A stretch of 64,000 nucleotides of DNA, from the NCBI RefSeq assembly GCF_963921235.1, contig NC_086108.1, positions 7,068,001 to 7,132,000 on the forward strand, written 5' to 3'. A model generated the notes under the pieces. That model was given only the letters and a program-made list of their open reading frames with translations. It was not told where the DNA came from and searched no databases. This DNA is from Mobula hypostoma (taxonomy: Eukaryota). Shown one piece after another: positions 24,796 through 37,204 of this stretch (the stretch's first letter is position 1; each line of letters opens with the position of its first letter). Both the position numbers and the translations under genes were made by a program.

Positions 24796-25654
24796 TTTCA
24801 CCACCAACATAGCATGCCCACAACTTAGCTTAAACAGCTAAGCTTAAATGTAAATCTTCGCTATGTGGGAGGAAACGAGAACACCCAGAGCAAACCCATA
24901 TGGTCATGGGTGAAACGTACAAACTCTTTATGGACAGCGACAGGTAACAAAGTACATTTTAAAATTAAAGTATGTATACCTTATACCACCTTGAGATTCG
25001 TCGCCTTACAGGCAGTCATGAAGCAAAGAACCCCTATAGAACCTATTAAAAACAAAAGACGATCGTCAAACACCCATTGTGCAGACAGAAAAAGAAGCAT
25101 ATCGTGGAAACAACATTCAGAACTGAAGTTCACAACAGCAGGCATTACTACAGCCAATCCAGACCTCCACTACTTGCAGGCCACAGCCTCAGTTGAGCAC
25201 AGATTTGAGCAAATCTTGCAGAGCAGTGAGCTGAATCAGCCTGTCTCTTGCCTTACAACTGTGACCCCAAACATTTCAATCTGGCTCAGGGCTTAAGTCA
25301 TCCAAACCTCAGGTCATTCCTCAAGCAAACGCCAAATGGTAATTGTTGGTGTTGCAAAGTGATTGCACTAACTGCATTGCTGGCGTGCCACAGAATGCAA
25401 CAGCCTACAGGCAACCCAGCATTCCAGCATTGTAGTGGTGATGGAGATAAATACTCTGCATTTAGTTATATTTGATCATTTGTGCAAGGACAATATTCTG
25501 AGGTGATAGAGATCTCAGAGCTTCTCCCAGGCTAACTCGTAATGTCAGACCTCCATGCTTTAGGGCCATTATCAGGTAACTTATTCTAAACCCACAGCAG
25601 AAAATTTGAGGTGTATATATTGGTGTGTGCTAATTCTTATAAAGCAAATGCTAA

Positions 25655-26250
25655 CGCAACACATATGAAATGCTGGAGGAACTCAGCAGACCAGGCAGCA
25701 TCTATGGAAGAGAGTAAGCAATCGACATTTCAGACTGAGACCCTTTTCAGGATGGAAAAGAAGGGGGGAAAGTCTGAGTAAGAAGGTGGGTAGAGGGAGG
25801 GAGAAGTGGCATGTGATAGGTGAAACGGGGAGGGGGCGGTTAAAAGCTGGGAAGTTGATTGGTGGAGGAGATAAAGGGCTGGAGAAGGGGGAATCTGATA
25901 GAGGGTAAAAGACCATGGGAGAAAGGGAAGGTGATGGGCAGGTAAGGAGATAAAGTGAGAGAGGGAAACAGGAATGGAAAATACTGAAAGGAGGAGGTGG
26001 TGGTGGTGGTGGGGCGGGGGGTGTGGCAATTACCGGAAGTTTAAGAAATCAGTGCTCGTGCCATCGGGTTGGAGGCTACCCAGACTGAATATAATGTGTT
26101 GTTCCTCCAGCCTGACTGTAGCAGTAGAGGAGGCCATCGATTTACATATGGGAATGGGATGTAGAATTGAATTGGGTAACCACTGGGAAATCCCACTTTT
26201 GTAGCAGACGGAGCGAAGGTACCCAACAAAGTGGTCTCCCAATCTACTCC
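25655..26250 (-). mobile_element. Penelope-like element: GIY-YIG C-terminus, 3' UTR, decayed hammerhead
   Basis: SRLGDHFVGYLRSV...RLEEQHIIFSLGSLQPDGTSTDFLNFR. Confidence 0.8.
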
Positions 26251-26766
26251 AAAGCTGTTTTCTATTTACCACTGATTTTGTCAGCCAGCACATGTATCTT
26301 GCTGCATCGGGACTGCAGGCTGTAAACTGACACCATTGAGTTTAGGCACAATACTGATGGAAGGTCTCGGCCCAAAGTGTCGTCCATTTATACATCTCCA
26401 TATATTCTGCCTCTCCTGCTGAGTTCCTCTAGCATTCTGTATGTGCTGCTTGAGATTTCCAGCATCTGCAGCAATGTTCCCTCCAAGGTGTGCATGTGTG
26501 TGCATGCACACATCTTTTGCTACTAGCGTACAAAGGAATTTTAACTGCGCACAAAAAGTTGTCACCCTCTACCTGGTTGGCATGTTAAGTAGATTTCCCA
26601 ATCATATGCAATCATACTTCCTTTTTTGTTTTCTGATGCAGAATCTTTTGTGTGTATGAATGCAGCTGCCCTGAGCTTTTCCTAATGCTTTAACTGATTC
26701 TGAGGCTTACAGTTGCCGTGTGCAAGTATAAATATCAACAATACAAAGCACGCCCTCATTCCTATG

Positions 26767-27352
26767 TGTTACTTAACACTTGATGAAATTCTTATGTGGG
26801 GGCGTGGTTTATTTGCTGGTTGAAAGCTGCTTCTTCATCTCGGGCAGTGATTGGTTTGTTTAAAGCTTGCAACACTCTTTTTCCCATGAGTTACAGTGCC
26901 TGCCCGGCACCCATTTCTAGTTCTGGGTGCCTTTGGGGTTATAAGAGTGGCATGTGCAAGAAGTTCACTCTCTCTCTTTCCTGGCATCCACATGGCCCGC
27001 TTCAGGCTGAAGTCACAACCAACGCTGAAAGACCATTGAGAAAGAGTGTTGCAGATTTAGATGCCCCCTCCCCCCCATGTTTGTTCAGTTAAATATCAGT
27101 TTGTAGCATGTATGGTTTTTCAGTTTTGTAATTCAGGGAGATTTATCAGAGTATCCATTCAGTTAAAGGGTAACCGAATGCATAGTACTTTTGGGTAGTT
27201 TAGACAAACGCTTGTTTAGCTAGACACCGGTTTGGTGTTTCACTGTTTACTTTTTAAATAGCTAACGTACCCAGTTTTAACTCTTGTCTTTTTCAGTCAT
27301 TTGATCCTCGTACCTGCCCTCCCACTTTACAGTAATCGAGTCGAACTTAACA
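26767..27352 (+). mobile_element. Possible solo LTR
   Basis: TGTTA...TAACA termini and an internal ggttataaga followed by a CT-rich tract; no TSD found. Confidence 0.35.
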
Positions 27353-27519
27353 TCAGTGTCTTCATTAAAAACACAGAATAATTAAAGCTTTTATTTATAT
27401 TTTATAGTCCAACTATTCCAAAGGAATCATTTAGGATTGCTTAAAATTTATAGCACCATTTTACGTTAGATCCTGATTTAAAAATCTTTCAAAATAATTG
27501 GATGAAATAGAGTTGAGGT

Positions 27520-28005
27520 TTTATGTGATTCCCATTCCCACTCTGACCATGGCTGCCTCTTGTGCTGAGATGAGGCCACCCTCAGGGTGGAGGAGCAAGA
27601 TGGTATATTCCATCTGGGTTGCCTCCGACCTGATGCCATGAATATCGATTTCTCCTTCCAGTAAAACTGTTCCCTCCTCTTGCCCTCCCCCCTTCTGTTC
27701 CCCACTCTGGCCTCTTTCCTATTCTCACCTGCCTTTCAGCTCCCCATGTCCTCCTTCCTTTTCTGCAATGGTTCATCTCCTCTCCTATCAGATCCCTTCC
27801 TCTCCAACCCTTTACCTTTTCTACCTACCTGACTTCACCTATCACCTCTAGCTAGCCTCCTTTCCCTCCCTCCACCCTTTTTATTCTGGCATCTTCCCCT
27901 TTCCTTTCCAGTCCTAAAGAAGGGTCTTGGCCCAAAAGATGAACTGTTTATTCTTTTCCACAGATGCTGCCTGACCTGCTGAGTTCCTCCAGCATTTAGT
28001 GTGTT
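27520..28005 (+). mobile_element. Penelope-like element 3' fragment
   Basis: DEATLRVEEQDGIFHLGCLRPDAMNIDFS remnant, pyrimidine-rich UTR, decayed hammerhead near 27910. Confidence 0.75.
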
Positions 28006-28747
28006 TATGGGACCAGGCATTTTAAGTGGTATGGCACAGACTAGATGGACCAAAGGGTCTGTTTATGTGCTGTGCTATGATTCCGACTCTAATTATGTTG
28101 AGAAACACACAAAATGCTAGAGGAATTCAGCAGGTTAGGCAGTGTGTATGGAGGGGAAAAACAGTTAATGCTTTAGGCTGAGAACCTTTATCAGAAGTCC
28201 AAAACCTGTTTGTGCTCCCATATCCATTAATTCTTTTGGACAACATAAACTCTACAAAGTACTGAAGTCAAAGATGTTGCAACTTTTGTTTATATAGTGA
28301 ATCAGCTCAATACCCAGCTGGTGAGGGAGAAGAAAGATTGGTCAAAGTTCCTATCGCCTAATCTAGTTTCGTGTGCGTGTGTGCGCACATTTGGAAGGGT
28401 CACTTGAGTTTGAAGATCGCTCGCTAAGTTCGCTGTCAGGATGACAGCACCGCGATAGTGTCATGCTAACCACGACACTATAGACAGAGTTCAGAATTCA
28501 ATTCTGGCGCTGCCTGTAAGGAGTTTATACGTTCACCCCATGAACCGAGTGGGTTTCCTCCCATCCTCCATAGCACAAACCTGCACTGGTTAGTACGTTA
28601 ATTGTCCTGTCATCGGGTTAGGGTTGAATAGATGGGTTGTTGGACCAGAAGGGCCTGTTCTGCACTCTCTTCTATATCAGGGGTTCTCAACCTGGGATAC
28701 ACAGGCCCCTTGCTTAATGTTATTGGTCCACGGCAGAAAAAAAGGTT

Positions 28748-29050
28748 AAATGCCTAATACTAGAGGGCATGCATTGCTGGTGAGAGGGGGTAGGTTCATG
28801 GGGGATGTGAGGGGTAAGTTATTCACTCGGGAGTTGTAGATTCCTGGAATGCACTGCCTGGTATGGTGGTAGAGGCAAATACATTTGAGACTTTTAAGAG
28901 ATGTTTGGATAGGCATGTGGAAAATGGAGGGATATGGACATGGTGTAGGTAGGAGGGATTGGTGTTTGGGGGTTTTTAATTTGCTTTTTGGCTGGTTTTG
29001 CATAACAATGTTGGCTGAGTGGCCTGATCCTGTGCTATACTGTTCTAACA
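28748..29050 (+). mobile_element. CR1 LINE 3' end
   Basis: aatactagagggcatgcatt..; same subfamily as the tail at 16890-17200. Confidence 0.7.
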
Positions 29051-29834
29051 CCTGTTTTAAACAGATAAATAAAGATTTAAACACGGAAACTTGGCCCTTG
29101 GGCAAAGCATCAATTCTGCCAGCAACTGTACGTGGGGAGAAAAATATGAGCAGTTACACTCTGCTGTGCTGAACTGTACGACTAGCAGTGAAACACCCAC
29201 ACCTGACTGCATTCTGATATTAATTAAGAATAACTCATTGGATTAGTAGGTCACGTGTACATCAGCATTCAGTGAAATGCATCATTTACATTAACAACCA
29301 ACGCAAACTGAGGATCTGCTGGGGCAGCCCAAAAGATAAGAACCCACAGTATTACAGGAAAGATACTAGCATGAGTGGCTGAGTGGCAGGAGGCAAACAG
29401 TGGGAATAAAGGGGGCCCTTTCTGGTTGGCTGCTCGTTTTCCACAGGGTGTTGGGACTGCTTCTTTTCATGTTATATGTCAGTGGTTTGGATGACAGAAT
29501 TGATGGCATTTTGACCAGGTTTGCACACAATACGAAGATAGGTGGAGGGGCAGGTAGTGTTGAGGAAGCAGGGAGTCGGTAAAAGCACCTGGAATGATTA
29601 GGAGAATGGACAAAGTAGTGGTAGATGGAGCATAGTGTTGAGAAGTGCATGGTTCTGCACTTCAGTAGAAGAGATAAAGGCATAGACTGTTTTCTAAGTG
29701 GAGAGAAAATTCATAAAATCTGAGTTAGGGATTTGGGAGACCTCATGCAGGATTCCCTAAAGGTTAATTTGCAGGTTGAGTCGGTGGTGAGGAAGGCAAA
29801 TGCAATGATAGCATTCTTTTCGAGAGGTCCAGAA

Positions 29835-32800
29835 CAGTGGTTATCAACCTGTGTCTGCTTGTGGCCCACTTGTGACTTAGAAACATAGAAAATAGGTGCA
29901 GGAGTAGGCCATTCAGCCCTTCGAGCCTGCACCGCCATTTATTATGATCATGGCTGATCATCCAACTCAGAACCCTGTACCAGCCCTCCCTCCATACCCC
30001 CTGATCCCTGTAGCCACAAGGGCCATATCTAACTCCCTCTTAAATATAGCCAATGAACTGGCCTCAACTGTTTCCTGTGGCAGAGAATTCCACAGATTCA
30101 CCGCTCTCTGTGTGAAGAAGTTTTTCTTAATCTCGGTCCTAAAAGGCTTCCCCTTTATCCTGAAACTGTGACCCCTCGTTCTGGACTTCCCCAACATTGG
30201 GAACAATCTTCCTGCATCTAGCCTGTCCAATCCCTTTAGGATTTTATACGTTTCAATCAGATCCCCCCTCGATCTTCTAAATTCCAACGAGTACAAGCCC
30301 AGTTCATCCAGTCTTTCTTCATATGAAAGTCCTGCCATCCCAGGAATCAATCTGGTGAACCTTCTTTGTACTCCCTCTATGGTAAGGATGTCTTTCCTCA
30401 GATTAGGGGACCAAAACTGCACACAATACTCCAGGTGTGGTCTCACAAAGGCCTTGTACAACTGCAGTAGTACCTCCCTGCTCCTGTACTCGAATCCTCT
30501 CGCTATAAATGCCAGCATACCATTTGCCTTTTTCACCGCCTGCTGTACCTGCATGCCCACTTTCAATGACTGGTGTATAATGACACCCAGGTCTCGTTGC
30601 ACCTCCCCTTTTCCTAATCGGCCACCATTCAGATAATAATCTGTTTTCCTATTTTTGCCACCAAAGTGGATAACTTCACATTTATCCACATTAAATTGCA
30701 TCTGCCATGAATTTGCCCACTCACCTAACCTATCCAAGTCACCCTGCATCCTCTTAGCATCCTCCTCACAGATAACACTGCCGCCCAGCTTCGTGTCATC
30801 CGCAAACTTGGAGATGCTGCATTTAATTCCCTCATCCAAGTCATTAATATATCTTGTAAACAACTGGGGTCCCAGCACTGAGCCTTGCGGTACCCCACTA
30901 GTCATTGCTTGCCATTCTGAAAAGGTCCCGTTTATTCCCACTCTGCTTGCTTAAGTTTTTTTTGGTTAACTGTACTAATCATTCTAATAGAAAAATAAAT
31001 ATGTATGTTTTAACTGGTTATAGGTGTAATTATATGTTGAATATGTTACAGGTGTATATGGAAAATAAAACCATTTCAAAGCTCTAAATAGGATATTTTA
31101 TTAATAATGTGGGGTGGAGATACATCTCTATCAAAGAAGGTATAAGGTGTCCCTTCCCTATGCTAGCCTGCAGGTCGCCCTTGGGCAGGGTGTAGTACCC
31201 CACCCCCCCCCCCCCCCCCAGTCAGGGTCATGTAAAGCCATTGGAACAGGTGATGGATGGTTGTATGAGGAGCTAGTGCATATCACAAGTGTGGGTTCTG
31301 TGACCACTGATACCAGGCAGACAATCTCTGCAGAGTATTGATTATTATTATGATTATGAGGACACACAGTCCCGTTTTATTGTCATTTAGTAATGCATGC
31401 ATTAAGAAATGATAAAAATGTTTTTCCAGAATGATATCACGAAAACACATGACAAACCCACTTAAAAACTAACAAGAACCACATAATTATAACATATAGT
31501 TACAACAATGCAAAGCAATACCGTAATTTGATAAGAACAGACCATGGCACAGTAAAAGTCTGAGTCTCTTCATCTTCTCCTCCCTCCTAATGGCGGGGTC
31601 ACCCGTCTTGTAAAGACATTGCCTAGAAGAAGGCAATGGCAAACCACTTCTGTTGGAAAATTTGCCAAGAACAATCATAGCCATGGATCGGGAAAGCAGT
31701 CGGATTAATGACAGGTGGAAGACTATGATTGCCCTGGTCATACAACACGGCATGTATTGATGATGACATATATAATACTGTTCTAACCAGCAACGAAAAC
31801 ACACTAATACTGTTACTTTGGGTATTTAGTGAGATCCTTACAACTGATACAAACTTGTGAGTTTTTGAACATCTGATTGCAATTTGGTTAAAGATAATCA
31901 AAGATTACCTCATCGTCAGGACGGTTAAGGGCTTTTGATAGCAGGTGAAGAGCTTGACTAAAACCACATTCAACTGGATAAGAGTTAGGAAATCCAATTA
32001 AAAACAACTTTGCTTTCTCCCAGAGCTGTCGAAACTTATTTTGAATATCACTAGTCATCCAGAAATTTTGCTTGCTGCATTTATGTTTTGCTTGAGCAGT
32101 TAAATGACTCTGTGGCTCATTAAGACATTCTTGGAATGTGGTATCAACATCCTTCATGTTCACCCCAAATGAATCCATCTCCCAATCTGGATTATGCATC
32201 TCCAGCAGGTCTCTGAACTGAAATCCCTTATCAGTGTGCAGTTGTTTCAAATGATCAAGATCATTGTCTTGCCTTTCGATTTTAAGAGTGCCAGTGATCG
32301 GTTTAAGTGCCATGCCAGATCAGAAAGTTCGGGTACAGTTCAAATCGAGGTGGTGGGGTGCAGGCCCCAGGGCTTAGCGAAGTGATTGAACCCAATGTCT
32401 GAATGTTGATTTAGGCGCCAGTCCAAATTGGAAAGGTCAGGGTGTTGAAGCCAGAGGCAAGGGATAGGCCAGTTCAGCTGACTGCTCCATGACCTTTATT
32501 CAGCTCTGCAGTGAACTATGGGTGTCAGACTCTCTCTGTGGACTTCAGTTCAGAACACGATTTGCTTCTGTTTATTATTTGCATGATTTGTTTCTTCCTC
32601 TCTACACATTGGGTGTTTGATGTCTTTTTTTGATGGGTTCTTTTGGGCTTCTTTGTTTTGTGGCTGCCTGTAAGGAGACCGATCTCAATGTTGTATAATG
32701 TATACCTATTTTTATAATAGATGTACTTCAAACTTTTGAAAGAAATTCGATAAACTCACAATGTCCGATATTACTACCGAAAAGTTTGAGTTTTCCAAGG

Positions 32801-33332
32801 AAAGTGGTCATATCCTCTTTGCATGATATGAGATTGCAGTTTCTTTTTCCCTTCTAAGTGTTTGTTTAATTAATTCAGCTTTTCAAATATATCTGACAGG
32901 CAAAATGTGGCGTATTTAGCAGTAATAATTTGTTTTGCAAGCTGCTTAGACAGGCTACAATACTATCTCAAAGTTTAACAAAACAACAAAGGCAATTACC
33001 TTTTGATAACCATGGTGTGAACTGGTGATCTGTGCATGATCAAGCAGAAGAGATAACCCCTCCCACCCTCTCCCACAGACAGACACACACACACACACAC
33101 ACCTATTTTGCTGCCTCATTTGCATCATTTAGTTTGTTTTCACACACCTTTCAGGATTTTAACTAAATTTCACAATTTCTTTTTTATTTATATACAGTTT
33201 ACTGTTTAATAAAACAGTACATGTATCATGGCCCATCAAGAAACTCCTGTGGCTCCTAGTTTCTTGTCTTTTACTTGTTGCCCCTGTGAGGTCTGGGGAG
33301 TAGGGTGCATATCCCAGGTTGGAAAACCACTG
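29835..33332 (-). mobile_element. hAT-Charlie DNA transposon (internally deleted, carrying nested insertions)
   Basis: TIRs CAGTGGTTATCAACCTG / CAGGTTGGAAAACCACTG; decayed 8-bp TSD gtccagaa/aactagaa; transposase dimerisation-domain remnant at 31888-32313 (LWEKAKLFLIGFPNSYPVECGFS). Confidence 0.82.
29877..30946 (-). mobile_element. Young 5'-truncated CR1 LINE with uninterrupted ORF2 C-terminus (324 aa, 29967-30941)
   Basis: SGVPQGSVLGPQLF..KFADDTKLGG..RPHLEYCVQFWSP..VNLWNSLP without stops; tail cctattttctatgtttcta. Confidence 0.93.
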
Positions 33333-34391
33333 AACTAGAATATAAAAGCAAGGTTGTACTGCTGAGGTTTTATAAGGCACAGGTCAGAACACTCAGAGCA
33401 TTGTGGTCCTTATCTGGATTCCTTATCTAAAAAAAATGTGCTAGCATTAGAAAGGATCCAGAGGAGGCTCCCAAGAATTATTCTAGGAAAGATTTGTTTT
33501 GTGGCTCCCTGTAAGAAGATGAATATCAAGATTGTATAATGTATACACTTTGATAATAGGGGTACTTTGAAAGGATTAATGTATGAGAAGCATTTGATGT
33601 CTCTAGGCCTGTACTTGAGTTCAGAAGAATGAGGGGGGATCTCTTTGAAGCCTATCGAATATTGAAAGGCCTAGATCGAGCTGATGTTGAGTGGATGTTT
33701 CCTATGGTGGGGGAGTCTAACACCTCTATAAAAGTCTAAGCCTCAGAGTACAAGGATGTCCCTTTAGAACAGAGATGAGGAGGAATTTCTTTAGCCAGAG
33801 GGTGGTGAATCTGTGGAATTCATTGCCACAGGTGGCTGTGGAGGCCAAGTCATTGGCTGTATTTAAAGTGGAGGTTGATAGGTTCTTGATTAATAAGGGC
33901 ATCAGAGGTTACAGGGTGAATGCAGAAGAATGGGTTTGTGAAAGATATGAAATCAGTCATGATGGAATGGCGAAGCAGACTTGATAAGCCAATTCTGCAT
34001 CTATGTCTTTTGTTATAAGTGTTGCCGCGCTTCCAGCGCTGACATTGCTTGTGCACAATGTTCAGTAGAACAACACAGACCCAACACAAAACAAACCCCT
34101 TCTCACCCTTCACCCCTACCACCCTGTCCCCCAAACCAGGGATCACCAGCTCTTGACCCCTGGGCCTACCGAACTAGCTCATCAAACTGTAGAGTACATT
34201 TCTTATAATGTAGACATTTTTAATTGCCTTCGACTGGAGATTTTTATTGACTTTTGTATTTATATTATAGTTTCTCTGGACTCTGAAATTTCAGAAGGCT
34301 TCAGACTGTTTTCTTTCTGCATGTTCTCTTGAAAAACAAAAGCTCACAATGTTTTTCTTCATCCTGCCAGGACTTTACATTCATCTCAAAC

Positions 34392-34595
34392 ATGTTCAGC
34401 AAGAAGAAGAAGCGGGTAGAGATCTCAGCACCTGTGAATTTCGAGCACCGTGTCCACACTGGCTTTGATCAGCAGGAACAGAAGTTTACTGGGCTTCCAA
34501 GGCAATGGCAGAGCCTCCTTGAGGACACGGCCAAACGGCCCAAGCCCCTGGTGGACCCATCGTACATCACACCCATTCAGCTTGCTCCGCGTAAG
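34392..34595 (+). CDS. PAK4: PAK4 first coding exon (N-terminal basic NLS, CRIB/GTPase-binding domain, RPKPLV pseudosubstrate); exon starts at 34371 with 21 nt before the ATG
   Basis: Translates as [68 protein letters not shown] (68 codons). Pyrimidine tract plus acceptor ttcttcatcctgccag ends at 34370; donor AAG|GTAGGT at 34596, phase 0. RVEISAP and GLPRQWQSL favour PAK4 over PAK5/6. Confidence 0.95.
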
Positions 34596-35082
34596 GTAGG
34601 TTTCTGTGATTGAGATTGTGGGGAAACTGCTTGTGTTACTGGGACTGGCCACGAAGAGAGGTTGGGCTGTTTCAGATTGATGTCAATGGGACCCTTCAGG
34701 TCTTGGCCCAAAGTATCGACTGTTAACTCCTCTCCGTAGATGTTGCCTGACCTGCTGAGTTCCTCTAGCATCCACAACTTGAAATGTGGATATAAAGCTT
34801 TGTAATGACTTTCCAGAAGTCTGAACTGAAGAAGCTGGAATTAACACAATAGGCTGAATGGCCCCTCTTTTTGTTATAAAGCTTTGCAGGTTAATATAAA
34901 ATAAAATTCATTCATTCTTAATTAAAGTTTATGAAAGCAAGTCATTAGAAGCACTCTGCCTGGTGCTACGTTGAGCTACAGATGTTCATGGGTCTCAGGT
35001 CTCCATTGAACTAGCAGTTCTCATCCAGGCATTGGCTTTCAAGATTCAAATTTATTTATCACGAGTATATCAAAACTTAACC

Positions 35083-35225
35083 GGCCAGTGGTGTAGTAGC
35101 ATCTGAACTGGACTTCAAGGCGAGTGGTCCTGGGTTTGAATCTGGCTGGCTCCTTGCTCGCTTTCCATCTGTGCTAGGTTGAGTGTCATACTAGCAACTT
35201 CGCCTAGTAAAAAAACAGACTAAAA
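35083..35225 (+). mobile_element. Short tRNA-derived SINE
   Basis: ggccagtggtgtagtagc (A box-like), gggtttgaatct (B box-like), A-rich end. Confidence 0.5.
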
Positions 35226-35246
35226 ATGCTAAAAAAAAAAAAAATG

Positions 35247-35445
35247 GCAATGCGCATAAAATGCTGGAGGAACTCAGCAGACCAGGCAGCATATATGGAA
35301 AAAAGTAAACATTTGACGTTTCGGGCTGAGACCCTTTTTAACTATTTTCTCTTTTCCATATATGCTCCCTGGCCTGCTGAGTTCCTCCAGCATTTTGTGT
35401 GCATTGCTTTAGTTTCCAGTATCTGCAGATTTTTCCCTTGTTTGT
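35247..35445. mobile_element. Palindromic Penelope-like pLTR pair
   Basis: Arms gcaatgcgcataaaatgctggaggaactcagcag..gcatatatggaaaa / ttttccatatatgc..ctgctgagttcctccagcattttgtgtgcattgc. Confidence 0.75.
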
Positions 35446-35854
35446 GAAAGAAATAGCAAGATTGCCACCTGATGCGCCACAAGGCGTGGAAAGGAACAAC
35501 GAAATCAAAACTTACAGTGAGAGCCACCATTAATGTTAACAACCAATATATCCAAGGGTGTGCTGGGGGCAACCTGCAAGTGGCCCCACACATTCTGGTG
35601 CCAGTGTGGCATGCCCACAATGCTTGGCAGAGCAACACAGAACACAACAAGCAATAAAACAACCGCAGCAAAACAAGTCCTGTTCCTCCCACAGCCTCAT
35701 TCCTCCTGCCATATTGGATTGAGTATTACAGTTGGCTTTACTTGTCTCTTACCTCTGCCTCTGATCAGCAGGCACCTTGAAACAAAGTGAATCACATCTG
35801 CCCAATGAGGTGAGAGAAATTCTCGACATGCGTTGACCTTGAGGGCAATTATTA

Positions 35855-36390
35855 ATCAGAATCGGGTTTAATTTCACCAGCATATGTTGTGAAATTTGTT
35901 GACTTTGCGGCAGCTGTACAATGCACTACATAATAATAGAAAGGGAAAAAAACTGAATTAAAGTGCGCGTGTGTGTATATGTATATATGTTGTGCAAAAA
36001 TAGAAATAAAGAAAGTAGTGAGGTAGTGTTCGTGGGTTCACTGTCCATTCAGAAACCAGATGGCAGAGGAGATGAAGCTGTTCCTGAATCGTTGAGTGTG
36101 AGCGTGAAGCTTCTGTACCTCCTCCCTGATGGTGGCAATGAGAACAAGGCATGACCTGGGTGAAGGGTGTCCTTAATGATTTATGCCACCTTTTTGAGGC
36201 ATCGCTCATTAAAGATGTCCTGGATACTACGGAGGTTAGTGCCCATGATGGAGCTGACTAAGTTTACAACTCTCTCTGGCTTATTTTGATATTGTAGAGT
36301 AGCCCACTCTCCACCCCCATAGCAGGCGGTGATGCAGTCAGTCAGTCAGAATGCTCTCCACAGTACATCTGTAGAAATTTGTGAGTGCTT
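35855..36390 (-). mobile_element. Rex1/Babar-type LINE 3' fragment
   Basis: Same C-terminal motif and tail as 50-460. Further copies near 14960-15160, 16610-16900, 44880-45290, 47875-48420, 62180-62670, 62695-63290 and 63290-63800. Confidence 0.75.
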
Positions 36391-37168
36391 TGAAAAACAA
36401 CTGAAGGCCAAATGTAATTATTGCACTCTCAGATTATATGGAGAATTCGGAAGCCGCCTGTGGTCCAGGGAAGTGTTGAAGCACTGTATGTATCTTTATG
36501 TATTGCACTGTACTGCTGCCACAGAACAACAATTTTCACAACGTTGCTATAAACCTGATTCTGCTTTACTGACTATACTAATAGATCTGGATATTTCCAA
36601 TCTGCAGTAATCCCCTAACAAAGTTTCTGAGTTCACAATATTAAACTAGAGGGAAAATTTATTGTTCTTTTTTAATTTATTGAGATACAGCACAAATTTG
36701 GCAATTCAATATAATATAGATTATTTTTAACACAGGGATCTCGAAATTCACCACTTGATACTTTGATAATGCCTTTTTCCTTTACCCTAATTCTCTCTCA
36801 TGGTTAAGATCTAATCGTTTAGTTGCATCATCTTCTGAAAAAACTTCTATTGTTTCCTCAAAGCCTGCACATTTCTAAATAATTTATTTATTTATTTTAT
36901 TATCTGTTAAAATTTTTATTTATTTGTTTATTTGAGATGCAGTGTGGAATAGGCCCTTCTTGGCCCTTCAAGCCACGCTGCCCAGCAACCCCCGATTTAA
37001 TCCTAGCCTAGTCACAGGACAATTTGCAGTGATTAATTAACCTACCAACTGCTAGGCCCTTGGACTGTGGGAGGAGACTGAAGCACCTGGGGGAAAACCA
37101 CGCGGTCGTGCGGGAGAACACGAGCAAGATCCCAAAAACAAGATCTTTTACTGTCTCTTCCTTCAGTT

Positions 37169-37204
37169 AGTCCTGACGAAGGGTCTCGGCCCGAAACGTC
37201 GACT
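37169..37204 (+). ncRNA. Minimal type I hammerhead ribozyme motif in a Penelope-like repeat (about 37140-37264)
   Basis: AGTC-CTGACGA-A-GGGT(CTCG)GCCC-GAAA-CG-TC^GACT: helix I AGTC/GACT, intact core boxes, helix II, palindromic ACGT in place of helix III, GUC cleavage triplet ending at 37200. Confidence 0.8.

Larger units (their letters stand above)
29365..34010 (+). mobile_element. Old CR1 LINE split by the hAT-Charlie insertion (parts 29365-29834 and 33333-34010)
   Basis: RT remnants on the left end at ..gagaggtccagaa; the right part resumes aactagaatataaaagcaagg and runs to MRRNFFSQRVVNLWNSLPQ and the tail. Confidence 0.8.

Noticed and set aside
29967..30941. 324-aa RT ORF as a functional or domesticated gene
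   Set aside because: 5'-truncated mid-RT with an intact CR1 tail; explained by recent insertion.
34329..34391. ORF-track N-terminal extension of PAK4 ([21 protein letters not shown])
   Set aside because: Starts at TTG within the intron and crosses the acceptor at 34370. The 21 exonic nt are in frame and stop-free, but no upstream coding exon could be identified.
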